64,000 nt of DNA from Candidatus Hodarchaeota archaeon (GCA_048886685.1 JBHLKM010000003.1:128001-192000); one strand, 5' to 3'; positions 29,717 through 40,322 are shown, counted from the first letter of the stretch. Notes: generated by a model from the letters alone, not told the origin. Program-made: numbers and translations.

Positions 29717-30793
29717 ATGTCAAAAGATAATAAAAAAAAAATTAAATACTGTATTTATTGTGGCACTGATGTCGAAAATAATCAAACTTATTGCCCAAAA
29801 TGCGGTAAATTAATTTTAAAACTTAGCTCAAGTGAAACACCAACAGAACCAAGTTCTATCCATAAACCTGTTTCCACCAAAAAGGTTGAAATTTCGCGTA
29901 AATGTCCTGGTTGTGGATCACTTGTTACCTCGATAATTTTGGATCAGTGTCCAATATGCAATGCCACCTTAGAAAAAATCTCTGAGGTAAAAAAAATTGC
30001 TATCCAAAAAAAGCCAGGATTGATATTTACAGACAAAAAATTAGAGCCTGAACAAAAATTTATACTAAAAAAGGATAGATGGAATTTAAAAGAAGGAATA
30101 AATGTCTTTGGAACATGTATATACATTTTCATAATAGCATATTTTCTTATTTACTTTCTGCTTATTTTTCAAGCGGAAGAGGATTCAATTGAACCAAGTA
30201 TTCAAATTTATATACTAAACCAAATCCCTGAAATATTAATAATTATCTATCCCATATATTATATACTATCTAAAAATCATAGCTTTACAAAATTAGGCTT
30301 TATTAAAAGTCCTAAGAAGATTCTAACAGGAATCCTTATAGGTGCAATAGGAGCGATAAGTTTAATATTAATAAATATTCTTTTCAGTTCTTTAATCAAT
30401 TATTTAGCCGAAGTAGGCTTAGACTTTTTTGATATGGATACAGAGATCAATTTACAAAATCAAATTATTAGAGATGCTGATTTTATTTGGGTATTCATGC
30501 TAATAACATTAATTGCTATGGGGGCGATATCATTAGAATTTGTATATAGAGGTGTACTACATAACACTTTAAAACAGAGATTTCGTAATGATATTTATAC
30601 AATTTTAACCGTTGCAGTAATTTATTCAATTCTTATGCTTTTTATAGCTCCAAATCCTGCCTATTTCCTCTTGAATTTCTTGTTATTTGTAGTTTTAGGA
30701 ATTCTCTGGGAATTATCTAATGGGAACATCTATAGTACTCTCATTGCAAGTGTTTTTTATAATATTCTTTTAATTATATTAATCTATTTTTAG
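29717..30793 (+). CDS. Zinc-ribbon + CPBP/Abi-like membrane protein with degenerate catalytic motifs
   Basis: Four CxxC pairs followed by a TM domain with LEFVYRG. The His motifs are absent. Confidence 0.75.
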   Translation: MSKDNKKKIKYCIYCGTDVENNQTYCPKCGKLILKLSSSETPTEPSSIHKPVSTKKVEISRKCPGCGSLVTSIILDQCPICNATLEKISEVKKIAIQKKPGLIFTDKKLEPEQKFILKKDRWNLKEGINVFGTCIYIFIIAYFLIYFLLIFQAEEDSIEPSIQIYILNQIPEILIIIYPIYYILSKNHSFTKLGFIKSPKKILTGILIGAIGAISLILINILFSSLINYLAEVGLDFFDMDTEINLQNQIIRDADFIWVFMLITLIAMGAISLEFVYRGVLHNTLKQRFRNDIYTILTVAVIYSILMLFIAPNPAYFLLNFLLFVVLGILWELSNGNIYSTLIASVFYNILLIILIYF

Positions 30794-30877
30794 TTATAAC
30801 CTTACATTACTCCCTCAATATAAAGTTTTAATAATAAGGAAAATCAATAATAATATCATTAGATAGGAGTAAAAAGA

Positions 30878-31588
30878 TTGAGTAAGACAGTTTACAGAAA
30901 TAAGGGTTCTAAGGATAATATAGTCCTTTCCCTTGCGGGTGTTCATGGAGTAGGTAAAACAACAATCTTCAATCTTTTTAAAAAAACACTCCAAGATAAT
31001 AATAAATTCAAATTTTTTCCTGAAAGATATGTAAAAAAACCACCATTTCCATTTGGTTCTTCGAATAAACAGATTGGTTTTAGAAGTGAACTTCATTTTC
31101 TTCAACAGCTTATTAGAAGAAATCAAAATATCATTAATTTTGATAATAAATATAACGGTAGAATAATAGTATTAGATAGAACCCCTTTATGTGTATTAAT
31201 TTATTCTAAAAGTCTAAATCTTAAAGAAAAAGATTTTAATCTCATTTTAGACACATACAATTCCATTATATGGAAGGAAGATTATATAATTTATTTGACC
31301 GCGAAACCTGACATAATTCTAAAAAGGATAATACAGAGAGGTTCACTTGATAAAATAAGAAGAGAGTGGAATGAGGATGATACTGACTATTTACTAAAAA
31401 TTCTTGCTTATTATAAACAATATTTATCTACTAAAACCAACGTATTTCCTATTAATACAAATGATCTTACTCCTAATGATGTAGTTAATAAAATTAAAAA
31501 AATAATAACAGACTTATCTGATTATTCTTTTGAAAAGATTGCACAATCTCCTACAACTCAAATGAATTTAGATAAATTCATAAAATAG
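30878..31588 (+). CDS. Deoxynucleoside/thymidylate kinase family P-loop protein
   Basis: GVHGVGKTT, LDRT, RIIQRG lid. Confidence 0.8.
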   Translation: MSKTVYRNKGSKDNIVLSLAGVHGVGKTTIFNLFKKTLQDNNKFKFFPERYVKKPPFPFGSSNKQIGFRSELHFLQQLIRRNQNIINFDNKYNGRIIVLDRTPLCVLIYSKSLNLKEKDFNLILDTYNSIIWKEDYIIYLTAKPDIILKRIIQRGSLDKIRREWNEDDTDYLLKILAYYKQYLSTKTNVFPINTNDLTPNDVVNKIKKIITDLSDYSFEKIAQSPTTQMNLDKFIK

Positions 31589-31685
31589 AATAAAGATAAA
31601 TATATTAAAATGGTCTATCTATTTATACTTAAATCTCAATAAAAAAATCTTATTCGATTCAAATTATCTAGTATAGGAATAATAA

Positions 31686-32693
31686 ATGTCATCAATTGCT
31701 AGTGATATACAAGAAAAAATGATGTACTTGCTAAAGGAAGAAGAGAGTAAAACTGAATTAGAAAATTTGGTAGTCCTTGATAGAGTAGGAATGAAAATTG
31801 CAACCGCATCATCTTCAGAGCTTGATGCAGATGCAACCTCTGCCTCTAGTACTGCTTTAATTGATTTAGGTTTGAGATTAAATCAAGCAACTGATCATGG
31901 CGCTTTAACAGAAATAGTTTTACATAATTCTTCTGGATATAGTATTTTAATGGCAATAAATGATGAATATATCGTTTTTGGTGGATTAAGAGCTGTTGTT
32001 CGAATAGGTTTTTATCTAGGCTATTTGAGAGACTTAGCAAGAAAGTTGAATAAATTAATTTCTGGCGACCAAGAAACTGAAATGATGCTTTCTTTAGAAG
32101 CGTCAGAAATGGAGAAAATAGAGAAGCAACAAATGGAGGAAGAGACTTCTATCCTCAAAAAACCTTCAGTTGAACAAGATAAAGCGGCTTTAGATGATCT
32201 TTTAGGATTTTTAGATGATTGGGAAAAAGAAGGTGAAGAATTTGAGGATCTTGAAGCAGGAGTTGATAGTAATGTTGTCTCAATCCCTAAGTCTGTTGGG
32301 CTCGAGATAGATCATGAACTAAAAGAAATGGGGGAAGCTCCAATCCCTCAAGTTGAAGAAACATCTATCCTGGAAACTCAATCAGAATTTAAAGTTTATG
32401 ATGATGAAGTTCCCCCAATTGCTCTGGATGACTACACACCGATGGAAATTGAGGAAGATTTATCTTCTGAAGAACCTTTACCTGTAGAAGAAGCAACTAC
32501 TTATGAGGAATCTCCGCCAGTAGAAGAATTACCCTCATCAAGCGACTTACCTTCGTTAGAAGAATTAGCACCCCCTGATTTTGAGATTGAATCTTCTGCT
32601 TCTGAATACGATACTGAATTTGTATTAGAAGAAGAATCAGAAACATTGGGATCTGTTCTACGCGACCTCGGTTGGGACCAAGAAGAAGATTAA
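31686..32693 (+). CDS. Roadblock/LC7 domain protein with long acidic tail
   Basis: About 120 aa Roadblock fold (LVVLDRVGMKIA...GALTEIVL) followed by about 200 aa of D/E/P-rich sequence. Confidence 0.8.
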   Translation: MSSIASDIQEKMMYLLKEEESKTELENLVVLDRVGMKIATASSSELDADATSASSTALIDLGLRLNQATDHGALTEIVLHNSSGYSILMAINDEYIVFGGLRAVVRIGFYLGYLRDLARKLNKLISGDQETEMMLSLEASEMEKIEKQQMEEETSILKKPSVEQDKAALDDLLGFLDDWEKEGEEFEDLEAGVDSNVVSIPKSVGLEIDHELKEMGEAPIPQVEETSILETQSEFKVYDDEVPPIALDDYTPMEIEEDLSSEEPLPVEEATTYEESPPVEELPSSSDLPSLEELAPPDFEIESSASEYDTEFVLEEESETLGSVLRDLGWDQEED

Positions 32694-32769
32694 ACCCTAT
32701 TTCATGGATTTAACTTTAAAAATAGAAAAGAGAAAGAAATAGCTGTACAAATTTCGAAATTTTAATAAT

Positions 32770-33003
32770 TTAATATCTTCTATCTTTTGAAATAATTTTT
32801 ACATTTAAGGCTTCTGGTCCTTTTCCCTCTTTTGAATCTTTGATTTCAAATTCTACCTCATCTCCCATATCTAACTTACGAAATCCTGACATTTCAATAT
32901 TTGAGAAGTGGACGAAAATATCTTCTTGACCATCAACACTGATAAATCCGTATCCTTTTCTTGCATCAAACCATTTAACAATACCTTTTAATCTATTGAA
33001 CAT
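32770..33003 (-). CDS. cspA: Cold-shock domain protein
   Basis: KGIVKWF, KGYGFI (RNP1), DIFVHFS (RNP2). Confidence 0.93.
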   Translation of the reverse strand: MFNRLKGIVKWFDARKGYGFISVDGQEDIFVHFSNIEMSGFRKLDMGDEVEFEIKDSKEGKGPEALNVKIISKDRRY

Positions 33004-33138
33004 TTTAGTTCTGTATCTCAACTATAACGTAAAATAAAATTATATAGAAAAAGATATTTTGCTTTTAAAATTTTTTTAAATACCCTCTTTTAACTAAGAT
33101 AAAATCAATAAATAATAATATACTACAATTATGTAAAT

Positions 33139-34497
33139 ATGATTTTTGATAAAGTATTACAAATTTTCCAAAAATATTGTATATGTGTCCATTGTCTTGG
33201 TAGAATGTTTTCTTTGTTAGCCTCACAAACAACAAACCAAAAAAGAGGAGATTCTTTATTACTGTCATTAACTATGGAAAATCATAGAAAACTTTTATCA
33301 AATAGTATTCAAGATCAAAAGGAGGCAATATTTAATTTAAAAATATTAGCTGAAAATGCTAATTATTTACCTGCTCAGAAAGTATTAAAAACTGAGGTTA
33401 TAGAATATATATTAAGGGATGAGCACCAACCTTGTTATCTTTGCAATGATATTTTTTTAAAAATTGAAAGGTATGAAAGGAAAGCTATAGAAGATCTAGA
33501 GGGAATTGAATTTAATAACTTCTTAGTTGGATCAACACCTGATTCTCAAATAATAAACAAAGAGGATAAATTCAAATCAGAATTTAATATATTAGAAGCA
33601 GAATCTTTTAAAAGTCATTTCAATCGCGTTATTGGTAAACTTCTAATGGATAAACTTAATAAATTTCCTGAATTCGATAATCCAGAGGTATTAATTGTAT
33701 TTTTTATAGGTTTTGAATCATTTAGTATCAAGTTAATCCTACGATCTCTTTTTATATTTGGAAGATATAATAAACTTTTGAGAGGAATTCCCCAAACTCA
33801 CTGGTTTTGTAAGAATTGCAAGGGAAAAGGATGTGAAGAATGTAATTTTACTGGAAAACAATATTTAATAAGTGTAGAAGAATTAATAAGTCCAGAATTC
33901 ATTAAAGCATCTGGAGCTACAGATTCTAAATTTCATGGTGCTGGAAGGGAAGATATAGACGTGAGGATGCTAGGTTTAGGAAGACCATTTATTCTGGAAC
34001 TAAGATCTCCAAAAATTCGTAATATAAATCTGTCTAAAATGGAGAAAAGTGTAAACCGAAAAAACAAGAAGAAAGTTAGAATTCAAGATCTAAGATATAG
34101 CAGTAAGAGAGAAGTGATCAAACTTAAAGCAGAAGCAAAAGACGCTAAAAAATTTTATAGATCATTAGTAGAATCTGTTGTTAAAATATCTAAAGAAGAA
34201 TTTGAAGAAAAATTGATTCTACTGAAAAATAGGTTTGAAAATCAAGAAATTCATCAACGAACACCCTACAGAGTTTCTCATCGCCGTGCTGATAAAATTA
34301 GAGGGAAGATAATCTATAATATAGAGGGAAAGTATATCAAACCCAATTTGTTTGAATTTATAATCGAAACACAAGGGGGAACTTACATAAAAGAACTTAT
34401 TAATGGTGATAACGGGAGAACTTCTCCCTCATTTTCAGAAATTTTCGAAATATTATTAGTATGTAAAGAATTAGATGTAATAAAAATCTCATCCTAA
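33139..34497 (+). CDS. pus10: tRNA pseudouridine(54/55) synthase Pus10
   Basis: GRYNKL.RGIPQT, FHGAGREDIDVRMLG.GRPF, GGTYIKELI. Confidence 0.95.
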   Translation: MIFDKVLQIFQKYCICVHCLGRMFSLLASQTTNQKRGDSLLLSLTMENHRKLLSNSIQDQKEAIFNLKILAENANYLPAQKVLKTEVIEYILRDEHQPCYLCNDIFLKIERYERKAIEDLEGIEFNNFLVGSTPDSQIINKEDKFKSEFNILEAESFKSHFNRVIGKLLMDKLNKFPEFDNPEVLIVFFIGFESFSIKLILRSLFIFGRYNKLLRGIPQTHWFCKNCKGKGCEECNFTGKQYLISVEELISPEFIKASGATDSKFHGAGREDIDVRMLGLGRPFILELRSPKIRNINLSKMEKSVNRKNKKKVRIQDLRYSSKREVIKLKAEAKDAKKFYRSLVESVVKISKEEFEEKLILLKNRFENQEIHQRTPYRVSHRRADKIRGKIIYNIEGKYIKPNLFEFIIETQGGTYIKELINGDNGRTSPSFSEIFEILLVCKELDVIKISS

Positions 34498-34614
34498 ACT
34501 TATCTAATAACTAACACACTCATATGAAATCAAAAAATAAATAAACAATAAATCATAATTCTACTAAATCAATTGATTTTAGTACATAATTTAATTCTTA
34601 TAGGTGTGAGTACA

Positions 34615-34920
34615 ATAACAAAACATCATGGATTTCGTGCGAAAACGAGACATAAACACAGAAAAAATGTCCGTAAACGAGGACTTGGAAGTATTGAAAA
34701 ATATTTAATTGATTATAAAGTAAATGACAAAGTTGATATAATTACTGATCCCTCACATCACAAGCGAGGCATGCCTCACAGTCGTTATCATGGTAGAACT
34801 GGTACAATCATAGAGAAAAGAGGGCGATGTTATCTAGTGGAAGTAAAATTAGGGAATTCAACAAAAACTCTAATAATTGGTACTGAACACTTAAGATTAA
34901 ATCCTGTTTCTGCAAAATAA
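34615..34920 (+). CDS. rpl21e: 50S ribosomal protein L21e
   Basis: HGFRAKTR, GMPHSRYHGRTG, EHLR. The start is uncertain (GTG 34606 or ATA 34615). Confidence 0.93.
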   Translation: MTKHHGFRAKTRHKHRKNVRKRGLGSIEKYLIDYKVNDKVDIITDPSHHKRGMPHSRYHGRTGTIIEKRGRCYLVEVKLGNSTKTLIIGTEHLRLNPVSAK

Positions 34921-34945
34921 AAATGATTTAAATATTGGTATAGCA

Positions 34946-35311
34946 ATGTCTGGACGAAAATTAGACGAAAAAACGGTTTCAATCCCGGAAGTAAAAGAAA
35001 TTATGGAATATGTTAAGGAACAAATGGAAGAAATTGATTCTGAGGAAGGTATGTCTCACTTTCAAGAAATTACATACAATTATGTCAATAAATTTGCTAA
35101 AATAGACACCAAAAAGGCAAAAGAAATAAAGAAATTTCTTATAGAGAAATATGATCTTGAAGAAATTTATGCCATTAACATTGTAAACATAGATCCTCAA
35201 ACTGTGCCTGAATTAAGAATTATTCTAGAAAAATCTTTTACTGGAAAAACATTGAATGATAAACAATTGGAAATTCTTATTGAAGAGCTTGAAGAAATCA
35301 AAACTTCTTAA
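34946..35311 (+). CDS. rpoF: RNA polymerase subunit Rpo4/F
   Basis: Conserved position after rpl21e, YVNKFAK, IVNIDP.T..ELR. Confidence 0.88.
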   Translation: MSGRKLDEKTVSIPEVKEIMEYVKEQMEEIDSEEGMSHFQEITYNYVNKFAKIDTKKAKEIKKFLIEKYDLEEIYAINIVNIDPQTVPELRIILEKSFTGKTLNDKQLEILIEELEEIKTS

Positions 35312-35442
35312 AATTTAGATCGAAGAATTTATAAATCTATATTGTTTTAAATTCTAATGAACTACCCCAACTCATTAAGTAGTTTATAAAAAATAAAATT
35401 TCGAAATGGCTATCGGAAAATTAAAAATCAATAATATTGGTA

Positions 35443-36087
35443 ATGATGGAAAGAAGAGATCGATACAGAGGTCCACCTCGCAGAAGAGGATATCAAAGTG
35501 GTCCCAAAAAGAAAAAACAGTTTATAAAAAAATTTCGGGAGATTATAGTCTTAGATCTTCTTTTGCACGGTCATCCAGAGGAAGATAAACCAAGTTGGGC
35601 AAAAACGCCGATAGCACAAGTTCTTACTTTTCCAGATTTTGTTCTCTATGAGGTTAAGATGAATAAGAATTCCAATATTGGAGTACAAGAACAAAAAACC
35701 TATGAGGAATTTTTAAACGAAGATAAATTAAGAGATGTCTTAAAGAAAATCGATTTTAATGATTTAACCAGTACTTCAAAAGCGTTGATTCAGCCTATTC
35801 TTGAAAAAGAGGTCTTAAAATATGAGGAAGAATTTATTAACTTCTTTAATAACTCCACCTCGATTACTCCCCGTATGCACGCTTTAAAATTATTACCCGG
35901 GATTGGTCAAAAACATATGTGGGAAATTCTTGAAGCAAGAGAAAGACAAAAATTTGTAACATTTCAAGATATTTCTGATAGAACGAGCATTTCAAACCCC
36001 GCTAAACTTATTGCTCAACGAATTATAAAAGAACTCCAAAGAGATGCAAAATATTACCTTTTTAGTAAAACTCAAAAATATGAGTAA
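35443..36087 (+). CDS. DUF655 family putative RNA-binding protein
   Basis: FFN....ITPRMHALKLLPGIG HhH motif and conserved synteny with rpoF and ksgA. Confidence 0.88.
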   Translation: MMERRDRYRGPPRRRGYQSGPKKKKQFIKKFREIIVLDLLLHGHPEEDKPSWAKTPIAQVLTFPDFVLYEVKMNKNSNIGVQEQKTYEEFLNEDKLRDVLKKIDFNDLTSTSKALIQPILEKEVLKYEEEFINFFNNSTSITPRMHALKLLPGIGQKHMWEILEARERQKFVTFQDISDRTSISNPAKLIAQRIIKELQRDAKYYLFSKTQKYE

Positions 36088-36092
36088 ATAAT

Positions 36093-36929
36093 ATGAATTT
36101 TAAAGACGTACAACTAATCCTTAATCAGTTGGATTTCAAACCTAAAAGACAATTAGGTCAAAATTTCTTAACTGACCCAAATATATTAGAAAAAATCATA
36201 CGCATATCTGAGATATCAAAAGAGGATACAATATTAGAAGTAGGACCCGGTATTGGGGCATTAACAGAATCATTAATAGAGAAAGCTAAGAAAGTATATG
36301 CAATAGAAATCGACCCGATTCTAAGCAAATTCCTTTCAGAAAAATTTTCAATGTATAATAATATTGAAATAATTAATGATGACATCTTAAAAGTTAATCT
36401 TCCTTCACATAATAAGGTTATATCAAATATACCATATAAGATAACCGGCCCTATTTTAGAAAAGGTGTTTTTTAAACAAAATCCACCTCAAGGGATCTTA
36501 ACTATTGAAAAAAGTATTGCAAACCGAATTTTTTTATTAAAAAATTATAAGAATTTTTCTAGAATTAGCGTAGGTTTAAATTTTTTCATGAAACCAATTA
36601 AAAAGTATTCAATTCCACGAAATAGCTTTTATCCGATTCCAAAAATTGACTTAACTCTTATTAAAATTGTTCCCAAAGAAAATCTAAATCCCCTTCTACT
36701 GAAGGAAGAATCTATTCAACTATTTTTAAAGTTTATTGCTGGTATCATGCCTTACAAAAATAAAAATATCGTAAATGCTCTCTACTTCTTTTTAAAAGCT
36801 AATAATTACTCTTACCCTACAAAAGAGCAAATTTTACAAATCTTACAAGAAAAAAATTTTGAAAACAAGAAACTATTTAACTTTAATATAGAAGAATTTA
36901 TTGAGCTAAGCCAAATTTTTTATTCCTAA
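36093..36929 (+). CDS. rsmA: SSU rRNA m6,2A dimethyltransferase KsgA/Dim1
   Basis: LGQNFL, LEVGPGIG, IEID, SNIPY. Confidence 0.95.
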   Translation: MNFKDVQLILNQLDFKPKRQLGQNFLTDPNILEKIIRISEISKEDTILEVGPGIGALTESLIEKAKKVYAIEIDPILSKFLSEKFSMYNNIEIINDDILKVNLPSHNKVISNIPYKITGPILEKVFFKQNPPQGILTIEKSIANRIFLLKNYKNFSRISVGLNFFMKPIKKYSIPRNSFYPIPKIDLTLIKIVPKENLNPLLLKEESIQLFLKFIAGIMPYKNKNIVNALYFFLKANNYSYPTKEQILQILQEKNFENKKLFNFNIEEFIELSQIFYS

Positions 36930-36947
36930 ATTAAAACTTCTGAGGAT

Positions 36948-37643
36948 TTGATTACAATTAATTTTATACCTGATCTATTAATTGAATGTGATTTTAAAAA
37001 TGTTTATTATCCATCTGACGATTCATATTTATTAATTGATTATTTTAGAAAAAAAATAAATGAGGATTTCTTTGATGGTATTAAGCTAGAAAAAGTTGAA
37101 AAAATATTAGATATGGGTACCGGTACAGGTATAATCGCAATTTTTTTTCAAATCCTAAAATCTCTCTACCCAAAATTCAAACCTATAATATATGCCTCGG
37201 ATATTTCAGAAGAATCTATTATTTGTGCTAAAGGTAATGAAATCCTTAATAAAATCAATTATGAAATTGAATACTTTCAATCTGATTTATTTAAGTCTTT
37301 CCCAGATTCTTTAAGATCTAAATTTAATATTATAGTTTTTAATCCCCCTTATTTACCCACTTCTTCAGTTATAAAGGAAAGCACTAATAAAAAAGCTATT
37401 GATCATAGTTGGGATGGAGGCTATAAAGGAATTGAAATATTAACTGATTTCCTTAAAGAAGCGAAGAAATTTCTAAATTTAAAGAACCCTCATTATGTCT
37501 ATTATATTAGTTCTAGTAGCTCAAAAATAGACGAGTTGGATAAACAAATAATTGACCTAGGATATGAGAATGAAAAATTAGAAAAAATTCATATGTTCTT
37601 CGAAGATATTATTTTAAACCGAATACAATATATTAAAAGTTAA
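36948..37643 (+). CDS. HemK2/MTQ2-family protein-glutamine methyltransferase
   Basis: VYYPSDDSYLL, LDMGTGTG, FNPPY, WDGG. Confidence 0.9.
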   Translation: MITINFIPDLLIECDFKNVYYPSDDSYLLIDYFRKKINEDFFDGIKLEKVEKILDMGTGTGIIAIFFQILKSLYPKFKPIIYASDISEESIICAKGNEILNKINYEIEYFQSDLFKSFPDSLRSKFNIIVFNPPYLPTSSVIKESTNKKAIDHSWDGGYKGIEILTDFLKEAKKFLNLKNPHYVYYISSSSSKIDELDKQIIDLGYENEKLEKIHMFFEDIILNRIQYIKS

Positions 37644-38920
37644 AAAGGTCTTCGATTTCTTCTTTTTTCTAATAATGAAATACCATCATTATGCAAAGTT
37701 CTTGTCAGATTGTTCATTAAAAGATCAACTTCATTTGGTTTAAATAATGAACGTATATGTGCCTCAATTTGAGGAATTGGCAGTCCATAATGTTGATTTA
37801 GACTTGATATAGGTAATAAAATTGAAGATATTAAATCCGCTTTCTTAGAAGCTTTTTCGATAGGCTCCTCTTCGTCCATAAAAAATTCGATCCTACAAGG
37901 CGTATCATATCTGGTTGTTTTAAGATAAAATGCATAAAATGAAAGTGGAAAATAATATGGAATTTCCTTTTTTATCCCTGTGTCTCTAATTTTATCAATC
38001 TCTCGTTTACAATTAAAAATGCAGCTCCTTTCAGACTTTTTCAGTATCCTATTAAATAAATCGATGTCTGAGAAATATTTAATAACTTCCCGATAATTTA
38101 ATTTAACTACATCACTTAACTTTGAATAACTTGGCTTTAATAACTGAATTGAATCACATAAAAGATTTGATAATGCAGATGTTCTTGTATCCTTAATAGA
38201 TCCAATAAGAATAATACCTTTTTCTTTACAGTATGAATATAGTTTGTGATATGCTTTTAATAGACTATCATATTTTATCGATATTTCAGGATCTTTTGAA
38301 AATAATAAATTTATAGGCATAATGACAATAGATCCATCAATAATTATAAGATCTATATCATCAGATTTTTTTATCATCTTATTAAGTAAATTGATTTCTA
38401 TATATCTCAGGTCCATTGAGACATCTGCATCAACGGTATTCTCATCTCGATTAATAAAATTCCCCTGAACGAAATAGTTATTAAAACCACTTAAATCTGG
38501 GAAATACTCTATATTAGCAACATGGTTTTCTTTAAAATAGTATTTCACAGCAATTCCTTTTAAAAATGAAAAATCAACATTCATAAATTTCCTTATCACT
38601 GAGCTTCCATCAACACTTACTACATTTAAGCCTCTTAAATTCGAAGATAACAATGATTTCTTTAGGAACTTTTCTTTAATATAAAATCTAGGAAATTTTA
38701 TAAAATGTGAAAAATCTAAATCTTCTATATTTTTTAAGATAATCTTAGAAAATGTTTTCTTTAATTTTTCAACCTTAAGATATTCGTTAGCAATAATTTT
38801 TAAATCTTTCAATAAAATTTGTTCTTTTGTTAAGCCTATATTATTTCTTAATGCACTTTTATTATTGAGAAATGTTAATTTCTCATTATTAAGCTTAATG
38901 GGATTTTCTCTTATTGTCAT
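37640..38920 (-). CDS. nurA: NurA-domain nuclease
   Basis: SVDGS, IIDGS, IK, YGLPIPQIEAH motifs. Confidence 0.8.
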   Translation of the reverse strand: MTIRENPIKLNNEKLTFLNNKSALRNNIGLTKEQILLKDLKIIANEYLKVEKLKKTFSKIILKNIEDLDFSHFIKFPRFYIKEKFLKKSLLSSNLRGLNVVSVDGSSVIRKFMNVDFSFLKGIAVKYYFKENHVANIEYFPDLSGFNNYFVQGNFINRDENTVDADVSMDLRYIEINLLNKMIKKSDDIDLIIIDGSIVIMPINLLFSKDPEISIKYDSLLKAYHKLYSYCKEKGIILIGSIKDTRTSALSNLLCDSIQLLKPSYSKLSDVVKLNYREVIKYFSDIDLFNRILKKSERSCIFNCKREIDKIRDTGIKKEIPYYFPLSFYAFYLKTTRYDTPCRIEFFMDEEEPIEKASKKADLISSILLPISSLNQHYGLPIPQIEAHIRSLFKPNEVDLLMNNLTRTLHNDGISLLEKRRNRRPF

Positions 38921-39020
38921 TACAAGAACTAAAAAATAAGGATAATAATAATAATAATGAGATATTTAATTTTTTGATTTTTTAAGGTTAATTGAAAAGA
39001 AAATTTATAATAGATTATCA

Positions 39021-39656
39021 ATGCAGTTAGGAAAAAATCCCTGGATTTTAATCGGGTTAATTTTTCTGGAGATACTCTTTGTTTTAGTACCTGCTTACAT
39101 TTCAAGCAAAATTGAGAAAAAAACATTCAAAACGTTATTGTTTGAAATGGGATTTCAGAAGAATAATGATTTTTTAATTAAAATTATTGCGGGATTAAGT
39201 ATTGGGGTCATATTTTTCTCATTTGGGGATTTCATTCTTATTTTTTTTCGACATATGGTAATAGAAAATTTGTTTGGTACTGAATTTATTGAGGAGGGAC
39301 AAGAAGGAGTAATTAATACTATCCCTTTCCAACCCGATTTGGTCCAAATAATCATTTTTGTTATCCTACAAATAATTATAATTGGCCCTTGTGAAGAAGC
39401 TTTTTTTAGAGGATTTATTATTAAAAAACTTAATGTAAAAATAAAAACAGCATATTCTGTAATAATTTCATCGATTTTTTTTGCACTTTATCACGTTCCC
39501 CCTATGATTGTACCTTTATCTACAACCATTACCTATTTTGGTTATTATTTTGCAATTGGTTTGTTATTAGCTTCGACTTTCATATCGTTTGAATATTCTT
39601 TAATTCCCTGTTCGATATCTCATTCTTGTCTTAATGTCCTAATATTCTTAATATGA
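39021..39656 (+). CDS. CPBP (CAAX/Abi) intramembrane glutamic protease
   Basis: EEAFFRG, FALYH, SHSCLN all intact. Confidence 0.9.
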   Translation: MQLGKNPWILIGLIFLEILFVLVPAYISSKIEKKTFKTLLFEMGFQKNNDFLIKIIAGLSIGVIFFSFGDFILIFFRHMVIENLFGTEFIEEGQEGVINTIPFQPDLVQIIIFVILQIIIIGPCEEAFFRGFIIKKLNVKIKTAYSVIISSIFFALYHVPPMIVPLSTTITYFGYYFAIGLLLASTFISFEYSLIPCSISHSCLNVLIFLI

Positions 39657-39806
39657 ATTTTAGTTCATATGAAATATTAAATTTAAATTAAACAAAAACT
39701 AATTAATATTAGGGCTATTAATATCATAAGGTTTTTTTACACTTTTAATATGATATAACCCTAAAAGCTAAGAGAAATTCCCGAAGGAAATTATTCGTTG
39801 AGGAGA

Positions 39807-40322
39807 ATGACACAATACGATTATACGTTTAAATTAATGATGTTGGGTGATGCTTCAGTAGGAAAAACATCACTCACTCTTAGATACATCTCTGGATACT
39901 TCATGCAAGACTTAAAACTGACATTAGGCGTTGATTTCTATTCTAAGACAACGGTCTTTAACGGTAAGAAAGTTAAATTACAAATTTGGGATTTTGGTGG
40001 AGAAGAGCGATTTAGATTTCTGCTTTCTCAATATAGTAAAGGGGCAAATGGTGCCTTCTTTCTTTATGATATAACAAATCCAATGAGTCTGGAACATCTC
40101 CCAGATTGGACTCAAATTGTTAGAGAAAATGCGGGAGACATTCCAATAATGTTAATTGGTTCAAAAAAAGATTTAGATGAATTTCGAGCAGTTCCACGAG
40201 AAGATGGAATATTAGCCGCTAAAAAATATAATCTTGCTTCTTTTGTTGAACTATCTTCAAAAACAGGAGAAAATGTCGAGAAGGCATTTGATGTATTAAC
40301 TGAGTTACTTTTTGAAGATTAA
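39807..40322 (+). CDS. Rab-like small GTPase
   Basis: YDYTFKLMMLGDASVGKT, LGVDF, WDFGGEERF, GSKKD, ELSSK. Confidence 0.93.
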   Translation: MTQYDYTFKLMMLGDASVGKTSLTLRYISGYFMQDLKLTLGVDFYSKTTVFNGKKVKLQIWDFGGEERFRFLLSQYSKGANGAFFLYDITNPMSLEHLPDWTQIVRENAGDIPIMLIGSKKDLDEFRAVPREDGILAAKKYNLASFVELSSKTGENVEKAFDVLTELLFED

